Positions 9,130 to 18,400 of a stretch of DNA of 64,000 bases are shown piece after piece. The first letter of the stretch is position 1. Each line of letters starts with the position of its first letter. The position numbers and the translations under genes were made by a program. The stretch comes from Candidatus Bruticola sp. (GTDB lineage Bacteria; Vulcanimicrobiota; Xenobia; Xenobiales; Xenobiaceae), in contig JBJEGD010000026.1 of the NCBI GenBank assembly GCA_051874735.1, positions 128,001-192,000 on the forward strand, in the 5' to 3' direction. Below the pieces are notes generated by a model. That model had not been told where the DNA came from and made no database searches. It saw only the letters and a program-made list of their open reading frames with translations.

Positions 9130-10105
9130 GTTTTTTATCTTTGTCCTTCAGAGATAATTTTGCCAATTTTTTTATTTGCTCCCATTTTTTTAAAGGAAGC
9201 TGACGCATCGCAATTTGGCGCATCGATACTTTATGTGCTTGAACGGGATCGCCGGACCACACTGACTGACCGGCTGGAATATCTTTATCCACGCCCGATC
9301 TAGCTGCTACTGTGGCAAAATCGCCGATATGACGCCCTTCTTTTACCAAGCATTGGCCGGCGGCTATGGATAATTTTCCAATATAAGCTCTCTCCTGCAG
9401 ACAGTTTTGAGAAATAATTATAGCCATAGGCTCTATAATAGATTCTTTGTTAATGCAGGCTAAATTGTCTATGCGCACTCCTTGATGAATAAGTGCTTTC
9501 CTGCCTATAAAGCAGCGAGCACCTATTTCAATATCACTTCCCAAAGAAGCTTCATCTTCGATAATGGTTAGCGGCCCTACTAAACTTGAACCTTCCAATT
9601 TTACTTTTTTCCCTAAAGAAACTCCGGGCATCAATTTAGTGTCAGCTCCTACAAAGCTGTCGCTATCTATGCTGACATGAGCTTGAATTTGGCAGTTATC
9701 GCCAATGGTTACTCCATCTGCTATAACGGCAAAGGGGCCTATATAGGCTGTAGGAGATATGTTGGCAGAATCGCTTATGCAAGCACTTTCGTGTATCCCC
9801 GGCTTAAAGCGAAAAGGAGGATAATACAAATCGAGGAGCTTAGCATAGGCTACTCGAGAATTTTTCACTAATATAGCCGGAATATTTGTTTGTATTTTTT
9901 CGGGTATAATTACTGCAGCAAAGCCGAGGTGCACTGCTTCTTGTAGTGAACTTTCGTCTTCAGCGAAAGTAATTGCCGAGTTTAGATTGTGACTTAAAGC
10001 TGCGTCCATACCTGTGACTTCTTTTATAACCAGAGAAGCACTTTCCGGTATGTTCAGACGACCTTCAAGATAATCGGCCAGCTCTTTTAAGTTCTTTACC
10101 ACCAT
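9122..10105 (-). CDS. LpxD-like hexapeptide-repeat protein, catalytic motifs degenerate
   Basis: LpxD N-domain (L.ELA..L.G, AITF, NSRVAYAKL), PGIHESA, left-handed beta-helix repeats, C-terminal SGDP; lacks GFG and IAHN motifs. Confidence 0.8.
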   Translation of the reverse strand: MVVKNLKELADYLEGRLNIPESASLVIKEVTGMDAALSHNLNSAITFAEDESSLQEAVHLGFAAVIIPEKIQTNIPAILVKNSRVAYAKLLDLYYPPFRFKPGIHESACISDSANISPTAYIGPFAVIADGVTIGDNCQIQAHVSIDSDSFVGADTKLMPGVSLGKKVKLEGSSLVGPLTIIEDEASLGSDIEIGARCFIGRKALIHQGVRIDNLACINKESIIEPMAIIISQNCLQERAYIGKLSIAAGQCLVKEGRHIGDFATVAARSGVDKDIPAGQSVWSGDPVQAHKVSMRQIAMRQLPLKKWEQIKKLAKLSLKDKDKKHE

Positions 10106-11415
10106 AATTCAGGATAATCACTCCAAGTTTCTGCCGGATCTATATCCGCTTCTTCTAATGTTAGACTGCGTACAGCCAAGGGAACGCACATGGTACGCCC
10201 GTTCAAAACTGATTCATAACCTAAACCTATCAAGTCTGCTCCCAAGAGATCGGTGTAGTTAGCCCTGACAATAAACTGGGGCACTCGGCAAATAGGGCGG
10301 CCGTGGTGCAGCAAGAAAGCTGTCTCGCATCGCCTAGCAAACTGTCCCTCTTTTTTCAGGTGACTAGGAAGAGGAGTCAACCTGTCCAATAAAATGCCAA
10401 AGTCTGTCTTAGCGCATAATTCGCCTAAAGAATAGTCTCCGCCTTTGAGAATTAAATTAGAATGACCAGGTTTAGGTGGCTGTCCCCAAGGACGCACTGC
10501 CGAACCGTTAGGTACAACTCCGCAGGCTCTCGCTGTGCTTAAATCGTAAATGCCGCCTACTAGTTCGCCTTGGCGTATTAGTGGTAGTGATGTTTTAGTA
10601 ATTCCTTCACCGTCAAAAGGTACACTGCCAAAGCCTCTGGGTAAAGACGCATCATCCGTTATATTTATGCAAGGGGACAGCCACGGAGAATTTTTGGGTA
10701 AAGATTTAAAAAGCGGTGCATCAGCATAAAGCATTTCTTTGGCGAAATCTTCGAGTAATTTACCGCAGGCGCTCGATGTAAATACGCCAGGAATCGTATT
10801 GCTATCTGGCCAGGCCATCTCTGTGGAATGTACGGAACGCCAGGTTAACCTGCAGAGCATTTCTGCAGGAGAATGCTGAGCAGAAGTACTGTAGATGGCG
10901 TCTCCCACAGGTATACCGTCGTTGGAGTTTAAAGTTAGCAGATGTAGAATGCGGCTGGCACAGCGCTCTCCGCTTCTAGTTGTGATTTTTAACGTATGCT
11001 GCAATAACCTGGCACTAAGAGAAAAACGCCTGTTGGGCAACAAAGAAGGAAGCATAAAATCAAGCCCTTGAATTAAGGCTTTAAAATGCATAATTGAATC
11101 TTCGAGTTGTTGCGAAGTTTCAGAGATGTTGGAAACTGAGGTAGGAGAAATTAAGCCCTTTTGTGAGAATGAACCGCGCTTGCCGTTGGCCGCACTTTGG
11201 GCAGCTTTCTGTAGTAAATCGCTAATGGAAAATTCTCCCTCAGACCAAACATAACCAAGACGTCCGTCTATATTTATTCTGAGCCCTAGTCCGGGTTTAA
11301 ATATACGCTGATCAGGCTGAGCTAAGTTGACTTCTGTATAAACTTCTTCGGAAACTTCAGCATCTCTGGCCATACCGAGTGCTTTGACCAGCAGTTGATT
11401 TGCATAACTGGCCAT
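10096..11415 (-). CDS. TldD/PmbA-family protein (PmbA-like, no HExxxH)
   Basis: GLGLRI..DGRLG, ITDDASL, SVPFDGEG, LIRQGEL, NGSA.R, SNLIL. Confidence 0.8.
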   Translation of the reverse strand: MASYANQLLVKALGMARDAEVSEEVYTEVNLAQPDQRIFKPGLGLRINIDGRLGYVWSEGEFSISDLLQKAAQSAANGKRGSFSQKGLISPTSVSNISETSQQLEDSIMHFKALIQGLDFMLPSLLPNRRFSLSARLLQHTLKITTRSGERCASRILHLLTLNSNDGIPVGDAIYSTSAQHSPAEMLCRLTWRSVHSTEMAWPDSNTIPGVFTSSACGKLLEDFAKEMLYADAPLFKSLPKNSPWLSPCINITDDASLPRGFGSVPFDGEGITKTSLPLIRQGELVGGIYDLSTARACGVVPNGSAVRPWGQPPKPGHSNLILKGGDYSLGELCAKTDFGILLDRLTPLPSHLKKEGQFARRCETAFLLHHGRPICRVPQFIVRANYTDLLGADLIGLGYESVLNGRTMCVPLAVRSLTLEEADIDPAETWSDYPELWW

Positions 11416-11417
11416 AG

Positions 11418-12065
11418 TTATTCTTTATTTCCCAAAATCAGTATATTATAGGGCAGTACTTCCATATCTGATAGAAGTTTTTGATAATTTGGTTCGCATA
11501 TAGACGTGCTGTTTTCATTAGGAAGCTTAAGCAACCAAAGTTGCTCCACAGAGTCAACTTGACTAACTTCGGCGCCATTAATAGCTGCCCACTGTCTGGC
11601 TACTCTTCGGCTGTTTTGAGCATCCAGATATAAGAAGCAGTATTGTAGGTTCTGTTTTGTAACTATTTTTACGAAACTTTCTAATCCGGAAGCAGAGTCC
11701 TGAGCAGAAGCTCCCCGCAAATCTAGACATGGAGTTCCTTTAAATACAGAAGCTTGAGAATGAGTTAATTTTGTTAATAGATCTGATTTCAGATGTTTTG
11801 AACTTTGAGAATGATTTTGGGAGGCTTCAGGAAGAGTGCTGTAATTATTTAAAACAACCTCAGCTTGAGGATCTAAATAGCGTCTTAAGGTGCCCTGCAG
11901 TCCTTTAACTAGAAAGGCCGTTGGCAATCCGGGAGCAAAGCGCTCCAGACTGACATTTAATCTATTTAATTCTTTATCGAAACTAAAGCTTGTGAAACGT
12001 ACCCCCTCATCATTAAAAGTTTTAGTCAATTTATTTAAAATTTCCTCAGGGGTATACTTATCCAT
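11418..12065 (-). CDS. hypothetical protein, possibly Cys-less NifU-like N-domain plus TusA/Smr-like C-domain
   Basis: N-terminal pattern DEGV...LNVSL...LVKGLQGTLRRYL; C-terminal LDLRG..A; AAAGGA RBS. Confidence 0.6.
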   Translation of the reverse strand: MDKYTPEEILNKLTKTFNDEGVRFTSFSFDKELNRLNVSLERFAPGLPTAFLVKGLQGTLRRYLDPQAEVVLNNYSTLPEASQNHSQSSKHLKSDLLTKLTHSQASVFKGTPCLDLRGASAQDSASGLESFVKIVTKQNLQYCFLYLDAQNSRRVARQWAAINGAEVSQVDSVEQLWLLKLPNENSTSICEPNYQKLLSDMEVLPYNILILGNKE

Positions 12066-12148
12066 TTCATGTTTCCTTTATTAAATTTAGTTTTAGCTGC
12101 TGATTAAGTATGTTGGACTTAAACTTAACAGTATTAACATTATAAATA

Positions 12149-12207
12149 AGGCGCCGTTCAGTCTTGAATCTCTTCTTTCAAGGAGGAGATTAATCTGCAC
12201 GGCGCTT
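12149..12207 (-). terminator. long imperfect hairpin downstream of the TPR gene
   Basis: gcgccgt...aatctcttct/aggaggagatt...acggcgc arms, followed on the minus strand by TTATTT. Confidence 0.5.
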
Positions 12208-12278
12208 CTGAGTAATTATAATGATAAACACGAAAACGGCCGACAGCAACAACGGCAATTTCGGCGGCGCAGGACTAT

Positions 12279-14048
12279 TTAGAAAACGGCTGTACCTGGA
12301 TCTGTTTTAGCTTGCTGGTAAAAATCTTGCCAGAGTTTTTTCTCATTGTTCATGCGTTCAACGCTGACATTTTTACTCTTAATTTTTGCGACTATGTCTT
12401 GCCGACTGCGTTCTACTTCTTTGAAACGACCTGGTTTCCAAGCGTACTCGTCAAGATTGTATATATCGCGGTTGCGGTACTCTCCCACTTTATAAAGGAC
12501 AGCGTAATTTTTTTCCATGTAGTACAAAGTTTCAAACGAAAAAGGATTAAGTTTGTTAGCTTTTTCGAAACACTGAGCTGCATCGTAGAAATAACTCTCT
12601 ACAGGACGGTTTTTATCCTGAGCTTTATCGCCTTTGCGTAAGCGCTCGTATCGGTATATACCCGCCCTTAAGTAACTTTGCCCTTGATTAAATTTAAATG
12701 AGGAATAAGTCCAGAAGCCAAGAGCGACAGCTATGATTAAAGGTCCTATCACCAGAGCGAAGATGCTAGCTGCTTTATATGTGGCGGTGGAGTCTCCTTT
12801 GTCTTTGGGGGCATTACCGGACACAATGCGCTCTCTGGCAGCATAAAAATCTTGTTCTATAGTTTCTTTAGTTTTGGAAGCTAAAGCCCTTATTTTAGCT
12901 TCGTATCGGTTAGAAGCCATGATTTTTGTGCATATATCGGAGGCCGCTTCTAAAAAACCAGAGTGACCGATCTCTTCAGCCATTAACAGCCAATCCTCAG
13001 GATCGCTGCTGGTAATTTCGTGAATAACTTCACCTGGGCGAATGGAATCATCTAGTTCCAACGCTTTGGAAAAATGGACTGCTGCTCTTTCTGGTTCGCC
13101 TATGGCCATAGAACATAGGCCTAAGCCATAGTGAGCATCAATATTATTAGGGAAGCGTTTCAGACTATTCTGAATATCAAAGTGCAGCTCTGAGAATTTT
13201 CCTTTGTCGAAAAGCTCAAGCTGTTCTTCCGTAAAAATATTGGCGATTTTGCGGGAAGTTACTGGAATTTTAGGAGTTGTCGACTGAGAGTTTTGCTCAG
13301 CTTCGACCTTTACTACATTTTGGGATACCGAAGGAGTTGCGGGCGGTACCGTAGGCTGCGAAGATAGCTGTGCTGACCTTTCTGTTGGTATATTCGCAGA
13401 GGTTGGGGCTGTCTGAGGATATCCCGGCTGCATAGGTCTGGGCTGGGGCGGTCTGCCTCCCGGTGTACCTGCGAGCACGGGAGCAGACTGAGGGTATCCC
13501 GTCTGCATAGGTCTGGGCTGGGGCGGTCTGCCTCCCGGTGTACCTGCGAGCACGGGAGCAGACTGAGGGTATCCCGTCTGCATAGGTCTGGGCTGAGGCG
13601 GTCTGCCTCCTGGTGTACCTGCGGGCATGGGAGCAGACTGAGGATATCCCGTATGCGTAGGTCTGGGCTGAGGCGGTCTTCCTCCTGGTGTACCTGCGGG
13701 CATAGGAGCAGACTGAGGATATCCCGTCTGCATAGGTCTGGGCTGAGGCGGTCTTCCTCCTGGTGTACCTGCAGGCATGGGAGCAGACTGAGGATATCCC
13801 GTCTGCATAGGTCTGGGCTGAGGTAGTCTTCCTCCTGGCGTATTTAAAGGCATGGGAGCAGACTGAGGGTGTCCCGGATGCATGGGGCTAGGCTGGGGGG
13901 GACGGGGAGTATAGCTTTGCCTTGATGAATACGGTTGAGATGTACTGGGAATTGCAGTTTGAGCACTGAAATTATCCGCAGGAGTACCCTGGCTATCCTG
14001 CTGGTCTTGTAGTGTTAAATTGCTGCGCGGAGGCATTTGCATGCTCAC
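12279..14048 (-). CDS. Pro/Gln-repeat, TPR-containing single-pass membrane protein
   Basis: 25-aa tandem repeats, TPR-like PNNIDAHYGLGLCSMAIGEPERAAVHFSKALELD, one TM helix, a further TPR-like helix after the TM. Confidence 0.85.
   Translation of the reverse strand: MSMQMPPRSNLTLQDQQDSQGTPADNFSAQTAIPSTSQPYSSRQSYTPRPPQPSPMHPGHPQSAPMPLNTPGGRLPQPRPMQTGYPQSAPMPAGTPGGRPPQPRPMQTGYPQSAPMPAGTPGGRPPQPRPTHTGYPQSAPMPAGTPGGRPPQPRPMQTGYPQSAPVLAGTPGGRPPQPRPMQTGYPQSAPVLAGTPGGRPPQPRPMQPGYPQTAPTSANIPTERSAQLSSQPTVPPATPSVSQNVVKVEAEQNSQSTTPKIPVTSRKIANIFTEEQLELFDKGKFSELHFDIQNSLKRFPNNIDAHYGLGLCSMAIGEPERAAVHFSKALELDDSIRPGEVIHEITSSDPEDWLLMAEEIGHSGFLEAASDICTKIMASNRYEAKIRALASKTKETIEQDFYAARERIVSGNAPKDKGDSTATYKAASIFALVIGPLIIAVALGFWTYSSFKFNQGQSYLRAGIYRYERLRKGDKAQDKNRPVESYFYDAAQCFEKANKLNPFSFETLYYMEKNYAVLYKVGEYRNRDIYNLDEYAWKPGRFKEVERSRQDIVAKIKSKNVSVERMNNEKKLWQDFYQQAKTDPGTAVF
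13404..13900. repeat. 75-bp in-frame tandem repeat, about 6.5 copies
   Basis: (g/a)ggagcagactgagg recurs at 13479, 13554, 13629, 13704, 13779 and 13854; unit encodes PQPRPMQTGYPQSAPMPAGTPGGRP. Confidence 0.97.
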
Positions 14049-14477
14049 TTGAGTACATCCTTTTCGAAACTATTAAAAGACTGCGTCTCTGATATAGTCT
14101 TCACGCAGCAGCACGAAAGGTCTAGAGCGAAAACCTCTGATTAAAGCGTTTTTATAAACCGCTTTTTTATATAACAGAGTTACATCCTTCTTCGTTTTTA
14201 TTGTGTTCGGTGTAGCTATCTATTGACGGAATATCAAGTTCACCGAATGCTGACTGCTGCATTAGACAAGCCTACTTATATTTGACGAAAATGGCTTATA
14301 ACCTTTTATCTATCAACTTGCACAACAGTCAGCTTATTTAATTTGTTTCATATTTTTATTGTTAGCAACTAAAAAATATTAATAACAATTCAATGTCTTA
14401 AATGGCAAGGAAAAGAAAAGTTTGCCTGATATTATATAAAATTATGCAGTTTATTAAGGTTGCAGCGGAGGCATTAT

Positions 14478-15179
14478 ATGATTTCTCCTAGTGGCAGGCT
14501 TTTGTGTCTGTTAGCCGTTATGTCTGTTTTATATGGATGCGGAGAAAATATTGAGAAAAAAAGCGGTACGGATACTGTGCCCACTGATAAGTCTGTTGCT
14601 TCATCCGTTGATCAGAATACAAATTTGAAAACAAAAGAAGAGACAACAGGCGGTGTGGTTGGCCGTTCTGTTAGCTCTGACAGCAAGGTAAAATCGTTTG
14701 AAGACGGGGCTGTAAAAGCAGATCAAGAAGCCGAGATAAAAGAAGATAGGCAGGGAGTTAATGCTATATCTCTCTCTGCTAAAGGAGATTCTCCTTGGAG
14801 TTTAACGGCCAACCGTATTGTTTACGATGATTCAACGAAAAAGGCCAGAGCTTCAAACATAACTTGGAACTTGCTTGATAAAAATGGAAAGTCTTCTCTA
14901 GAGCTTAAAGGTGACGCCGCTGTGGTAAATTTAGAGACGCAAGGGTTGGCCTTTGAAGGGCCTGTTCATGCCATTGGTCCCAAGGGAGAAAATATTACCT
15001 GCACTAAGCTTATTTGGGACAGTAAAACAAGGAAGCTGCGCGGATCTCATGGAGTTAAAGTTATCAGAGAAAGTTCTGTTATGACTGGAGATAATATGGT
15101 GGCGTCTCCCGATCTGAAACAAATTGAAGTTGAGGGTAATGTACGCATTCACTTTAATTCAAGTTTGGAATCGAATTAG
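14478..15179 (+). CDS. lptC: LptC/LptA-like beta-jellyroll LPS export protein with lipobox
   Basis: WSLTA, L.W, G.GVKV.R, MTGD.M, V.GNV pattern; directly upstream of lptB; ATG 14478 after GGAGG; VLYG-C lipobox. Confidence 0.75.
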   Translation: MISPSGRLLCLLAVMSVLYGCGENIEKKSGTDTVPTDKSVASSVDQNTNLKTKEETTGGVVGRSVSSDSKVKSFEDGAVKADQEAEIKEDRQGVNAISLSAKGDSPWSLTANRIVYDDSTKKARASNITWNLLDKNGKSSLELKGDAAVVNLETQGLAFEGPVHAIGPKGENITCTKLIWDSKTRKLRGSHGVKVIRESSVMTGDNMVASPDLKQIEVEGNVRIHFNSSLESN

Positions 15180-15203
15180 ATCGACAAGGCGAGAGGGCAA
15201 AGA

Positions 15204-15989
15204 ATGGCTATCAAGGCTGAAGGTCTAGTCAAAATATATAAAGACCGCCGTGTTGTAGACGGAGTTAATTTTGAAGTTGGTCCAGGAGAAGTGGTTGGCC
15301 TTTTGGGGGCTAACGGAGCTGGTAAAACTACAACTTTTTATATGGTAGTGGGGCTTATACGTCCTGATGGAGGAAAAATTTTTCTTAACGGTAGCGATGT
15401 TACCTCTTTGCCCATGCATATAAGAGCCAGGATGGGTATAGGGTATCTACCTCAAGAAGCTTCTGCATTTCGCAAACTTACTGTAGAAGATAATCTGCGC
15501 CTTTTATGGCAAATTAATGGAGTACCTCCTAAGGAACAGGCTGAGCGTTTAGAAAAGCTGCTGGATGAGTACCAGCTGCATAAAGTCCGCCACAGTCGAG
15601 CTATAGAACTTTCCGGAGGTGAACGTCGACGTCTAGAAATAGCCAGATCGTTGGCCATTAAACCTCAATACCTCCTTTTAGATGAACCTTTCTCTGGTGT
15701 CGATCCTATAGCGGTAGCTTCTATTCAAAAAATTATTCGCAGTGTAAAAGCTCAGGGGCTGGGAGTTTTAATTACTGACCACAATGTAAGAGAAACTTTA
15801 GCCATTACCGACAGAGCGTATATTATTCGTGAAGGCAGGATATTAGTATCTGGTAGCGCTGTGGAGCTGGCTAATAATTCTGATGCGCGCAAGTACTATT
15901 TGGGAGAAGCTTACCGGACCGGATTTGAAAATGAGCAGACAGCTGCAGAAGTGGATAAAGCCATAATAGAAGAGAAGGCTGGAAGGTAA
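15204..15989 (+). CDS. lptB: LPS export ABC transporter ATPase
   Basis: GANGAGKTT, YLPQEAS.FR.L, LSGGERRR.EIAR, LLLDEPF.GVDP, ITDHNVRETL. Confidence 0.96.
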   Translation: MAIKAEGLVKIYKDRRVVDGVNFEVGPGEVVGLLGANGAGKTTTFYMVVGLIRPDGGKIFLNGSDVTSLPMHIRARMGIGYLPQEASAFRKLTVEDNLRLLWQINGVPPKEQAERLEKLLDEYQLHKVRHSRAIELSGGERRRLEIARSLAIKPQYLLLDEPFSGVDPIAVASIQKIIRSVKAQGLGVLITDHNVRETLAITDRAYIIREGRILVSGSAVELANNSDARKYYLGEAYRTGFENEQTAAEVDKAIIEEKAGR

Positions 15990-16098
15990 AAAGAATAAAC
16001 AGCTAAGAGCATCTGCTGCTTAGTTAATCTTAACAAGTAGAACTCTGATTTATAGTCGGCTGGAAAATCCGGATTAGAAGGCAAGTAGACAGGTATTT

Positions 16099-17229
16099 AT
16101 GAAAATTCTCGATCGTTACATAATGGCGGAGATGGCCAGTCCGTTTTTATTTGGGGTTTGCGCCTTTACTTTGCTATTTTTTTCTGCTGAAACACTGATG
16201 GGCGTTGCCAAGATGATTTTAGAGTCTCAGGCTGGTGTAGGCATGGTCATTAAGTATCTTTTTAATCGCTTGCCTTATGTGCTGATCATGACTTTCCCTA
16301 TGTCTGCACTGCTTTCTGCTCTTATGGCGTATGGCCGTCTTTCCGGAGATAGTGAGGTTATTGCCCTGAAAGCCGGAGGCGTTGGATTCTTTCGCATATT
16401 TTTGCCAGGTTTTTTCTTCTGTTTTTTCATATCTATGATATCATTAGCTATTAACCAGTATTGGGTTCCGCCGGCTACTAAACAGGCTTACAACATGGTT
16501 ATGAAGCTGGAGGCTCCAGACCAAATTGAACGGGCTTTAATTACATCTCCGCGTTTGCTTTCTAATGGAGACGAACAACTTGTATATGCTCATGTACTTA
16601 ATGTGGGTGAGCAAACTATGAAGGGCGTTTATGTTCACTTCTTCCGCAATAATAATCGTTTGCGCGAAATGTATGCCAAAGAGGCGCGTTGGAATGCAAA
16701 ACTTCAAGTTTGGGAAGTTTTAGATATTGAAGCTCGTGATTTTAATCCTGTTACTGGCGAAGAGCGGTATGCTGTAAAAGGACAAACTGGTTGGACCGCT
16801 CTAGATAAGGGCGACTCTCCAGCCAGTCCGGATTTATTGGCTCAGCGCAAACTTCGTCCGGAAGAAATGACCGCTCAAGAGCTATCAGCTTATCTTAATT
16901 CTTTACCTCCTATAGAAAAAACTAATCCGGAGGAGTACCGCAAACGCAATAAATATAAGGTTATGTATCATCAGAAGATATCTTTACCTATGAGCTGTTT
17001 AGTGTTCGGGGCTTTTGCTATTCCCTTAGGGCTGCGTCCGCAGAGAACTAGCACCTCCATTGGTTTCGGCCTTTCGTTGTTTTTTATTCTGCTCTATTAT
17101 GTCTTTATGACTATCGGTATGATGCTGGGAGAAAACGGCACTGCTGCTCCATGGCTGGCAGCTTGGCTTCCTAACATCATTTTTGCTGTAGTAGGGGTAA
17201 GTTTTGTAGCCGACGCCTCAAGAAAATAA
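16099..17229 (+). CDS. LptF/LptG-family LPS export permease
   Basis: MKILDRYI, L..DSE..AL.AGG, 3+3 TM layout, PWLAAWLPNI. Confidence 0.93.
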   Translation: MKILDRYIMAEMASPFLFGVCAFTLLFFSAETLMGVAKMILESQAGVGMVIKYLFNRLPYVLIMTFPMSALLSALMAYGRLSGDSEVIALKAGGVGFFRIFLPGFFFCFFISMISLAINQYWVPPATKQAYNMVMKLEAPDQIERALITSPRLLSNGDEQLVYAHVLNVGEQTMKGVYVHFFRNNNRLREMYAKEARWNAKLQVWEVLDIEARDFNPVTGEERYAVKGQTGWTALDKGDSPASPDLLAQRKLRPEEMTAQELSAYLNSLPPIEKTNPEEYRKRNKYKVMYHQKISLPMSCLVFGAFAIPLGLRPQRTSTSIGFGLSLFFILLYYVFMTIGMMLGENGTAAPWLAAWLPNIIFAVVGVSFVADASRK

Positions 17230-17395
17230 GCTTGTGATGTCCAATAGCTAAACTGTAAAAAATTATAGAAATATTTTATGTAAAAACGTTATATATTATG
17301 TAGTAACGTACAGGTATTCAAAGCCATTATAGGTTCGTTATTTTGTTTCTTATATGTGGGCGGGAGAGGCTTTATAGGTAGGAGCAGCGCAGACA

Positions 17396-18400
17396 GTGGA
17401 CTTTTTTTCTTGGCAAACCGTCATGAGAATTGCCTTCGTATATGCTTTAGTTTCGGCTGTAGCTGCTGGCATCGCCTATCTAGCCAATCAGTTGGGAAGG
17501 CATATAGGCAAGCGCAAGATGAGTATTCTTCATTTGCGTCCTCGCCATACTTCTATTTTAATAACCACAGTTACTGGCGTAGCTATAGCTCTTATAACTC
17601 TCACTGTATTTGCCTGCCTCTCAGAACCGGTGCGCAGTTTCCTTATTGGTTTGGAAAAGTTGCGTGCTGAAGAAACTAAGCTGAGACAGAGCGTTCTGTC
17701 TTTACAGAAAACATTAGCAGAAGGCAGCTTTGTTTGGCGTATAGATGAGCCTATTGTTCATATGACTATTCCTGGAGGTTTGCCCTATGAACGCACGCGT
17801 GCAGCTGTAACCAGCCTTTTGGCTGAAGCTAATGTGCGCACTATAATGCGGAATAACTCTATCGCCGCAGAAAAAGGTGATAAGCCGATCCCAGTAAGCG
17901 ATGTCCTTATTGATTACGATCCTGAACAAGTGGAAGATATAATTAGTTCCATATCTAGTGAGCAAGGTTTTATAGGCTTGAGAGTTTTGGCTTCGCAGAA
18001 TAGTCTGTACGCTCATAAAGCTCCACTTCGTTTGGAATCTTGGAAAGTTCGTAAAGTTTTTTCTGAGGGTGAAATAGTTTCGAAAAGAGAAATGGACACT
18101 CAGCAGGCTGGTTTGGAATTTCTAAAATTTATTGAAGACACCAGGCAAAAAGCGATATCTAAGGGAATGCGTCCGATTGACGGTGAATTAGGAGGCGAAC
18201 TTAACAATGATGACTTTGAGCGGCTGCAAAAAGATATAAGCCGGGAAAAAGGTAGATTCGAAGTGGTAGCTGTAGCTAATCGTGATCTTTACGAAACCAG
18301 TAGCCTGGATGTACGGGTGGAAGTGCATAGTTTGGAACTGCCATCCGATTCTAAGTCATCTAACGGATTTGATAGCAGCGGAGAGGAAGCTTATTATTGA
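17396..18400 (+). CDS. DUF3084-like membrane-anchored protein
   Basis: IAYL...LGR.IGKRKMS...LRPRHTS..IT..TG signature, short coiled coil; GTG start with AGGAG. Confidence 0.8.
   Translation: MDFFSWQTVMRIAFVYALVSAVAAGIAYLANQLGRHIGKRKMSILHLRPRHTSILITTVTGVAIALITLTVFACLSEPVRSFLIGLEKLRAEETKLRQSVLSLQKTLAEGSFVWRIDEPIVHMTIPGGLPYERTRAAVTSLLAEANVRTIMRNNSIAAEKGDKPIPVSDVLIDYDPEQVEDIISSISSEQGFIGLRVLASQNSLYAHKAPLRLESWKVRKVFSEGEIVSKREMDTQQAGLEFLKFIEDTRQKAISKGMRPIDGELGGELNNDDFERLQKDISREKGRFEVVAVANRDLYETSSLDVRVEVHSLELPSDSKSSNGFDSSGEEAYY

Noticed and set aside
13404-13900. Regular repeats as a CRISPR array
   Set aside because: Contiguous 75-bp units with no unique spacers, in frame within a CDS, and no cas genes
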